A stretch of 64,000 bases of DNA from Octopus sinensis (Eukaryota): NCBI RefSeq assembly GCF_006345805.1, contig NC_042998.1, positions 88,536,001 through 88,600,000 on the forward strand, given 5' to 3'. Positions 55,576 through 64,000 of this stretch are shown piece after piece (positions within the stretch are counted from its first letter, which is position 1; each line of letters starts with the position of its first letter). A model generated the notes under the pieces. The model saw only the letters and a list, made by a program, of their open reading frames with translations, did no database searches and had not been told where the DNA came from. The translations under genes were made by a program, and so were the position numbers.

Positions 55576-56941
55576 CTAGAAAATAAAAGAAAGTAGCAAT
55601 AACAAATTAATTACCTCTGTGTCATTGGTTTGATTGAGTTTGGTTAACTGATGGAGGATAATAAAACAAGAGAACAATCAAACTGTTGTTGAATAACATA
55701 ATAGTGTTTCCAACATTAAACAAAAGCAATAATGTAAATTATGTATAGACTCATTCATTAGTTCTTTTGATTATATTTTCAAAAACTAAAATAATTTTTA
55801 ACTTTTATTGAATCAAGAAAACCTACTAAAGAAACTTGTTTTCCATAGTGTATTAAGAATACCATATTTGATGGCATATAAGATGCAATTTTTCCTCAAA
55901 AACACGTCTTTAAAAAAATCAACCAAGGACCTAGATGTAAAATTGCTTTCAATATTACATGCTTTAAAGCACAAAATTATTTTTTCTTGAATATGTGCTG
56001 CTGAAATTGGGATGTGTCTACTACACCTGAGCACATTTTATTCCATCAAATATGGTAAATTGACTAAGTGGTTACCATTTATCTAGAGATTATTAACAAT
56101 GGCTTGTAAACAGTTGTGAAACAAAAATAGTATTTCTTTTGAATTAAATAATTACCATGGAAAGAGGTATAAGTTACAAATATGTGCAACAGAGGCACAA
56201 CAATATAATTAATGTGAATTTTCACTGGGGTGTAAGGCTGAACATTAAACATAAGGAAGAAAGAGTGCTGCAGCAACAACAATGTCAGCAACACTAGAAG
56301 CATGATATAAACAAAGAAACCTTTTTAACTAGTGCAAAATTTATGACCATTTTTGAATGGAACAGTTTTCTCTACAATAAATGTGAGATAGACAAAAACA
56401 AAAACATAAATCAAATGACTAGTTCTATCTCCACATCACATTCTGTCCAAGCACAACTGAATTGATTATCCAACAAGAAATAACATCAAGAGAAACAATA
56501 ATTAAACATTGGATTTAGTATAATAGTTTCAAAACACAATCAACAGGCAAAGCTAACATTTCATCATCATCATCATCATCGTCGTTTAGCGTCCGTTTTC
56601 CATGCTAGCATGGGTTTTTTAAAAATTATTACACATGATAAATATGAGTGGTATAAGATAGAGAAAGTATAAATAAAGTCAATGCCCTTCTGAAAAATTT
56701 TACCAAAGTTCTGTTAAAATAAGCTGCTTTTGTTTCTATTAATTTGGAAAATAATGAAGTATTTAGTAAAACAACATTTTCATGATTAAGCTGGTGTTTG
56801 GAAGAAAAATTACATGAAATTTTGATCACTTTAAATGAGGGAGTTTGTGTTAATGAACCAAGGGCAGCCTTATATGGGTTAGTATAAAAAGCATTAATTA
56901 GCATGGAAACTAACAAGCAGATTTAAATAAAAAAAACTCAC

Positions 56942-57114
56942 TTCATAAGTTTAGTGTTGGCATGAAATAATCTGAAGCCTTGAGTGGAGAGCTGGTATTG
57001 CATGTTTTTCTTCTCTGCAACTGTTATGGGTAAATACTGATAAATCAGGAGTAACCGCGTTGATTTCAGTCTTTTCCTGATCTGTTCTAACATAAACTCT
57101 TCATATCTGTTCAG
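56942..57114 (-). CDS. MRPL10: MRPL10 internal coding exon (173 nt, phase 0 to 2): LNRYEEFMLEQIRKRLKSTRLLLIYQYLPITVAEKKNMQYQLSTQGFRLFHANTKLM(K)
   Basis: Minus-strand acceptor tttttctcttttcag|CTG and donor ATGAA|gtgagt, with an open frame. It aligns by eye with the N-terminal half of the uL10m ribosomal L10 domain and splices in frame to the next exon. Confidence 0.88.
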
Positions 57115-57195
57115 CTGAAAAGAGAAAAATAGCTCACTTTGTTTTATTGGTTTATATCTATGACATCTACATCTATGCTAATATTGGCTAAATGG

Positions 57196-57410
57196 AAGGC
57201 AGCAAGCTAGCAGAAACGTTAGCACGCTGGGCAAAATGCTTAGCGGTATTTCATCTGTCTTTACGTTCTGAGTTCAAATTCTGCTGAGGTCAACTTTGCC
57301 TTTCGTCCTTTTGGGGTCGATAAATTAAGTACCAGTTACATAGTGAGATCGATCTAATTGACTGAACCCCTCCCCTCAAATTTTGGGCTTTGTGCCTAGA
57401 GTAGAAAAGA
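57196..57410 (+). mobile_element. tRNA-derived octopus SINE (family A) with a 15-bp TSD
   Basis: Body ttctgagttcaaattctgctgaggtcaactttgccttt...tgtgcctagagtagaaaaga; TSD atattggctaaatgg at 57181-95 and 57411-25. Confidence 0.9.
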
Positions 57411-58688
57411 ATATTGGCTAAATGGGACAACAGTGTGACATAACAAAACCACTAGTTCATTTTATCTTCTTACACATGTGGTCAAATATTATGTGACCTA
57501 AACACTTCTTCCAATGTTTTCACTGCTCACCTACCATAAGTAACAGATATTATTTAAATAATAAAATCAACATGGGAGGGGTTTTGCTCGTTTATTTTCA
57601 TAACATGTCAGTGTTAGAACGGGAGAAGTGGATGTTTACAAACAATTGGAACGGAGTTTATTGATAATATCACTGACAATTGATAGTCTTGCTGTGATAC
57701 AGGCCCAAAGCAGACTGTGAAACAAAACAATGATACATTCAAAGAATAAATCTATCCATATACATATCAAAGAATATATCACAATCATCACCCTCATTTT
57801 AATGTTCCATGTTTCCATGCTTACATAGTTGGCACAGAGTTTGCTGAGACAGACTCTCTACAGAGAGATGTTAACTTTCCCCAACCTCACCTGTTTCCAA
57901 GTAAGGTAATACTATTTCTCCATGGCCAAACATGTTTAACCCAAAAGATGGAAATGAAAGGCTCTTCTTGTATGGTGGTAGCACTCATTTTACACCCATC
58001 ATATGATGTCAAGGAGACACATACACACGCACATATAATATCATCATCATTTAATGTCTGTCTTCTATGCATGCATGAGTAGGACAGTTGACAGGAGCCA
58101 GCCAGGTTGAAAACTACTCCAGGCTACTGTGTCTGTTTTGACAGGGTTTTTATGGCTGGATGCCCTTCCTAACACCAACCACTCTGCAGAGTGCACTCAG
58201 TGCTTCTTACGTGACAATAGCACAGGCGAGGTTAGTTTTTGCATATATACATCTATATTTATCTATACACATGGATGTGTATCTGTGTTTTCTTTCAGTT
58301 TCCATCTACCAAATCCAGTCATAAGGCTTTGGTCAGCTAGGGGCTATAGTAGAAGATGAATGCCCAAGATGCCATGTGGTGGGACTGAACCCAAAACCAA
58401 GTGGTTAGAAAATGAACTTCTTACCACACAGCCATGCCCACACCTACTGATATGCCTGCGATTTTTTGTTGTTGTCTTCATCACTGTCCTCTTATGTCAT
58501 GAAGATTTCCTTTTATAAGTTTATAAGTTAGTTAGAGAAGACAAAGAATCAGTGATCTTTGCAGGTGCTCCTAAACTATTGGGTTGAGTCATAATTTCCA
58601 ATATTGTTAAACACATGTAACGTGAAAGGATCTATCATCGAAGCACTGGCAGGGTGTCGAGATCCTTTCTAGTCACATACAACAATCT

Positions 58689-59010
58689 TGTAGAAAACAA
58701 CAGACGAAACTCAGGTAAAGGTGAACAGACAACTTGGTTTATTGATCATGGTTGTACGTTGTCTGATGGGGGAATAGACAGCCTCTGATATACTGCTGGT
58801 GTTGGTCGTTGAGGTTGGTTGAAGTTGTTGAAGTTGGTGTGGTGGCTGTCAGAGCCAGGAACCGTGACCGATCGCAGTGCTGTCTTGAGCCGAAGAGAGA
58901 ATTTGAGGTTCGCGGGCTCGAGAGATGTTTTCCCGCACATGCGCATGGGGAAGACTTCCGGTGGCCACCCGGAAGTAGTCCCATTCTGCGCATGCGCGCC
59001 GAACCCTACA
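58689..59010 (-). mobile_element. Solo-LTR-like element (322 bp)
   Basis: TGTAG...CTACA termini; AATAAA at 58743-58738, about 50 nt from the 3' end and followed by a T-rich tract; CpG-rich relative to the window. No TSD detected. Confidence 0.6.
58938..58997. promoter_or_regulatory. Cluster of NRF1-like and ETS/GABP-like motifs
   Basis: TGCGCATGCGC at 58987-58997, CATGCGCATG at 58938-58947, and an inverted pair ACTTCCGG (58954-61) / CCGGAAGT (58969-76) around TGGCCA. Confidence 0.5.
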
Positions 59011-59059
59011 CTGTAGCATCACTACACACATTTACTCATAAAAAATTTTCACAAAGAAT

Positions 59060-60010
59060 TATTTTCACTTATCATTATATTTGCCATTATTTTGAATGAC
59101 CTTTTACCATTTATCATGTAGCTTTTTGATTCCTCTCGAGTAAAATTCACCTGGTTTCAACATGAAGATGTTTTCCACATATATTTTCACCTGATCTTCT
59201 TGAGGAAATATTTTCCCCATCAGAGCATTTAGTAGAGAGTGAAAAAGATGGAAATCAGGTGATGCAAAGACTGGTGAATATGGTGGATGGGGTAGAACAG
59301 ACCAGCCCAAATCTATCCTGCATGATTCTTGCTGAATGTGGTCTTGTGTTATTGTGGAGTAGTACAACGTTTCTCCTAATGACAAGTGCAGGGCATTTTT
59401 TTAAAGATTTCTATTCACACATTGCTGCTGTTGAGAGTATAAGTTAGCATTTAATGTTTGATTGCAGTTTAAAAACTTAAAATACCGCAGTAATATTACC
59501 ATACACACAACATAACCTTCCTTCAATGGAGCTCAGCCTTTGAGGTAGGTTGTGGAGATTTATCCTTGTCAATCTACTGCATTTTGCATTGAACATTGAT
59601 ATTGAGAAGCAGATAATTTCTCTGTCTAGGAAGAAGACTTGTCACTGTGGACATGCAATCTTCCCTATTCTTTTCACTAAAAGTATGGAGAACCTATACC
59701 CCCAGCTTGCTTTTCCTATCTTTTCCAAGTGGCGACAGATGGTGGATTGGGATGTGCTGAGGTTAATTGCTAATTCCCAAGTATTTTCACGAAGAGTGAA
59801 TTCCACTAATTTTCTTAAAGTTTCTTGATCAAAGTCTGATGAGTGCCATGGTCTGAGTTGTCTCTCAATGACAAATCTCCAGAACGAAACTTTGAAAGCC
59901 AATTCCACACTTGCCGTTCAGTAATGACACATTGGCTACATATTTTCTTAGCTGTTTCTGATGGGTTTTTTTTTTCCATTCTTGAACTCCCACAATATCA
60001 CAAGTCAAAT
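59060..60010 (-). mobile_element. Decayed mariner transposase remnant
   Basis: LGWSVLPHPPYSPVFASPDFHLFHSL...FYSRGIKKLHDKW and an HTH-like ELA..L.TSQSTICRHL.KIGK. Ends are approximate. Confidence 0.8.
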
Positions 60011-60050
60011 ATACACTTTCAGTTCATCCATTTTAGGGGGAGGTCGCCAG

Positions 60051-61040
60051 CATCATCATCATCATCATTGTTTAACGTCAGCTTTCATGCTGGCATGGGT
60101 TGGACAGTTTGACTGAAAATTAGTAAGCTGGGGAGCTGCACCAGGTTCCAATCTGATTTGACAAGGTTTCTATGGCTGGATGCCCTTCCTAATGCCAACC
60201 ACTCCGAGAGCACAGTGGGTATTTTTACATACCACTGGCATGGATGTCACTGACCTGACACTGGCATTGGCCATGACTATAGTCTCACTTGGCTTGACAG
60301 GTCAACACAAGCACAGTATATCCCAAAGGTCTTGGTCACCTGTTACTGCCTGCATGATACCCAACACTGCCTCCATGATACCCAACACTCAAATGGTGAT
60401 TTTTATGTGCCCCCAGCACAGGTACCAGTCAGACGGCACTGGCATCAGCCATAACTACAATTTCACTCAGCTTGATGGGTCTTCTCAAGCAAGGCATGTC
60501 ACCAAAGCTCTCAGTCGCTTGTCATCATTTTCATTAGGCCCAACATTCGAAGATCATGCTTCACCTCGCACTATGTCTTCCTGGGTCTACCTCTCTCACA
60601 GGTTCCCCCCACTTAGGGTGTGACACTTCTACACACATCTGTCCTCAGCCATACTCATCACATGACCATACTAGTGCAGTTGTTTCTCTTGCACACCACA
60701 TCTGATGTTCCTTATACCCAACTTTTCTCTCAAGACGCTTACACTCTGTCGCGCATGTACACTGACATTACACATCCAGCAAAGCATATTAGCTTCATTT
60801 CTTACAAGCCTATGCATGTCCTGAGCAGTCACAGCCCATGTTTCACTAACATGTAGCATAGCTGTTTGCATACAGACATTATACAGTCTGCCTTTCACTC
60901 TGAACAAGAAGCCCTTTGTTACCAGTAGAGGAGCTCTCTGAACTTTGCCCACCCTATTCTTATACTAGTAGCTACACTCTCAGAGCATCCACCCCCACTA
61001 CTGATTTTGTCACCAAGGTAACAGAAGCTACCAACAACTT
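60051..61040 (-). mobile_element. 5'-truncated RTE 3' fragment with (GAT)n tail
   Basis: ORF 60671-60952 (VKGRLY...MLHVSETWAVT) plus the family 3' UTR and a catcatcat tail. Confidence 0.85.
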
Positions 61041-61179
61041 CTAGTGAAATTTAATATTAAACTATGATGTGCATGCTTTCACTGCTTAAATATAAAACAC
61101 AGATGAGGCTCTTTTATAAACAGTAGCTGCCATTTCAGTTTTAAACACCTGAAGTTTGAAATGCATTGTTACAATTTAC

Positions 61180-61440
61180 TTCCAAAAAATGGAAATTATT
61201 TATGACTTGACCCAATACATCATTCTCACCAGTTTTGCAGATGATCCTAAACTGATGAGAATGATGTAGTTAATGCCTGGCCAACACATCTATGGAAAAG
61301 ATGTGAATGGGTGTTGTATTTACAATAACACCCACAAGTGAGTAAATTCAAAACTTCAGACAACTGTCAAAAAGGAGATTTTGTGGTTAACAAATGTTGC
61401 TTATGTGGCATACTGATAGTCACATTAAATAGTCCTAACT
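61180..61440 (+). mobile_element. Degenerate CR1-like RT remnant
   Basis: SFADDPKL at ~61230-61254 resembles the CR1 FADDTKL motif; the rest is heavily decayed. Confidence 0.4.
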
Positions 61441-61789
61441 ATGTGCAGGTATGCAAAACATATATAATGTGATAATATTAACATAATGACATCACAGACA
61501 TGGCAGATAGATACAGTGAGCAGCAAAGACAAGGCATATATACTTAATAATAAAATACTATAACTATACCATTACTCCAACCAGGAAAGATAAATCATGT
61601 TATCTAATCTTAGTGGCTTGTGAATTCCTTTTGCAATTTTGCAGCTCATTTGATGTTATAATATTTCTTATTAAGTTCCTACAAGGTGGAGCATGATTTA
61701 GAAATATTGACAGTAAGGAAGGTGTGGGAGATAGATATTAAAAGCAACAGTGATTGGAGTCCATCCAGCCATCCATTTTTGTCACCTGC

Positions 61790-62110
61790 CATTTCTGAGA
61801 GAATAATACGTGTAGAATCCTCAGGCACCTCCTCCATAGAGTCCTATCAGAAACAATTGCCATTAGAATTTCCTGCTGGACACCCAAGCATAACCAGGTG
61901 AGACTATGACTAGTATCCAACCACTTTGCACATGGTCTAGCCTTAGGACTCCTGCCAATCGACTTGGCTTGAAGAAACTGTCTTGCAATCCTTTACTGTG
62001 ACATATCTGGTGACAATGTTGACCTGTTGGAAACATTGCTACAGTGTATCACATGATCAAATGGCAGCTCAACAGGAGATGGAGAAATTAATTGATGCTG
62101 ACCTATTGGT
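61790..62110 (-). mobile_element. Old RTE (Rex3/Expander-like) 3' remnant
   Basis: RIARQFLQAKSIGRSPKARPCAKWLD..SLTW..LGVQQEILMAIVSDRTLWRRCL matches the RTE C-terminal pattern. Confidence 0.7.
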
Positions 62111-63620
62111 AACATTATGCTGATTAGCAAATGCTTGGGGAAGTATATTTAGAAGTTATTTGTTCTTTTGATGCCAACTGAACTATTTCCTATCCACATT
62201 TAATCTAGGTTGATTTCAGCCAGAATGAATCAGATGATGTACATCAATAGGAAGTTCTATTGTTTTGCTTTTGTAACGAACCATTTGTCCAACCTTGTGA
62301 AAAGGGTCTACAATTACTCGACTCAGCCAAATAAGTTCTCAGATTCAATGAAATGGTTGAAAAGACTTTTAACTTTTTTGCTTCTCTATTTTTTTTTATT
62401 GAAATACACTACCATTATTTTAATCAATTTTGAAAATTATAATTAAGTAAAATAAGCTCATATTTGGAACAGAAATTAACATTAAAGTTGGATGAAATGT
62501 TTTAATTTATATTACTGCTAAACCTGAAGTTTCTTTCATAGAACTAGGGATCATCTCAGGTGGGATAGTATCAAAAGAGTTATTAAATACTCATCAAACT
62601 TTCCAGTTGATGGACAGTAACTTTTCACAGCAGACTTGATTGTTTGCACCTGCGATAAGTAATCCAAATCAATGATTTAGGTTAATCATTACATTGGTAC
62701 CTTTTACAATAACTGCATCATTTTGATTCTTCACTTTATTTTGGATTGCTACAAAGATGAATATGCCATCCTGAAATATACTTATGCCATTAACTACTTT
62801 CAATAGACTCCATACAACACTGGAAATTGGAGCTGCTATTTTTGAGATTTATCTGAAGTTTATCGATTAAGTGAAGACCATTGCTCACACACCATCTCTT
62901 AGAATCCTATTCCAAATTTGTCGGCATGCACACTAAGTCAATTGAGGAGAAAATTATGCTCTTTACATATCAGTGAACTGAGAAAGCCATTTAGGTATAC
63001 TTTATAGTCAGCACACTCTTAATAACTGTCTTTTTTTCACACCCAAACTATTGGTGATGCATAGTTGAAAAATTCATGAAGACATCGAGTTGTAATTCCC
63101 ATAATGTCAAGATTGTGAAATTCATTTCAAGCTCCTTTTTTTTATGTATACTAGAACTGGGTATGTTGAACAAATGTTATTGTTTGCTGCACCTACTAAA
63201 ATATTAGTGTTATAGCACTTTATTGTGGGTAAAAGCATAGTAATATAGTGTACCTTTCAGAATATCTGTACAGATTAACCCAAAGTTGTAAGGGCTATTA
63301 ACCATAGCAAAACTGAAGAGTTGGGTTTTGTAATTTCCATTGTCAAGCAAAGCTATTATAGTATCAAGAATCTCTGGTTTTGAACTGTTATGTAAAGTTA
63401 AATGTCAGTCAATAGGTTTGATGATTAATGGTAACAGTGGAACTGGAATAATGAAAATGTTGTACCAGAGTCCAGTTATATTCGAACTTATTGTCCATTC
63501 AATTTACAATTAACCAGTTGTAATTCATCATTTGTTGCATAATTAATATTCAAAATCACTTCCTCATTATCAAATTGTTTGACCCATACCTTTAACATTG
63601 TGGCCAAACTTCATAGAATA

Positions 63621-63838
63621 CAGTAATCTCTCACTATATCATGGTTCACCTATCGTGCACTCAGTACATCACAGTTCACCTATCCTGCACTTAGTACATT
63701 GTGAATTTTTCTGGCTAATGTATGTAAATTTATATTGTGGGCTTCTACAGCAGATAGGTATTTATATTTTTTTAGATTTTAATTATTTCTGTGGCGGGGT
63801 TTTGGAATGTAACACTCATGATAGTTGAGGGATTACTG
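63621..63838. mobile_element. pogo/Tigger-like MITE with TA TSD
   Basis: ta|cagtaatctctcactat ... atagttgagggattactg|ta. Confidence 0.85.
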
Positions 63839-64000
63839 TACAATGGTTTTGACCGGAAGAATTTGTTGAATGACCCATGTTTCCACTATTGCAACATTCT
63901 TCCCAAATGCAAGACAAGATAAAGAAGAATGTGTTGAATCACTTCTACTGTAATTTTCAAGTCATTCAGTTATTTGTTGTTTAATAGGTTTTGCTTGTAG

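Noticed and set aside
58623-58669. 10-bp stem hairpin GAAAGGATCT/AGATCCTTTC next to the LTR-like element
   Set aside because: No C/D, H/ACA or SECIS motifs; too short to call an ncRNA.
61686-61897. Plus-strand exon-like ORF with good AG/GTGAGA sites
   Set aside because: The opposite strand reads as an RTE C-terminus, so this is most likely the antisense of a LINE remnant. Exonisation cannot be excluded without RNA data.
62210-62340. Minus-strand peptide QMVRYKSK resembling the MRPL10 N-terminus
   Set aside because: The frame stops shortly afterwards with no donor site, and the expected downstream conserved residues are absent.

Overview
AT-rich, microsatellite-saturated eukaryotic DNA whose repeat families point to an octopus (coleoid cephalopod): tRNA-derived SINEs, RTE LINEs with (GAT)n tails, R4/Dong and Hero-type LINE remnants, mariner, hAT/piggyBac/pogo MITEs. 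One host gene is well supported. MRPL10 (mitochondrial ribosomal protein uL10m) lies on the minus strand, with three coding exons at 57114-56942, 55575-55439 and 46176-45980 that splice in frame with canonical GT/AG sites. Its 5' exons were not found in the window. A second minus-strand multi-exon gene or pseudogene may lie in the first ~30 kb, but only candidate exons can be offered. The most striking structure is a near-perfect 490-bp palindrome (31865-32354) whose two arms each carry a complete type-I hammerhead ribozyme core. Also notable are a CpG-rich solo-LTR-like element with NRF1/ETS motifs upstream of the first identified MRPL10 exon, a Dong/R4-RTE chimeric ORF, and a ~0.85-kb tandem duplication. 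Most long ORFs in the supplied track are microsatellite artefacts. All homology calls come from motif recognition by eye, not from database searches.
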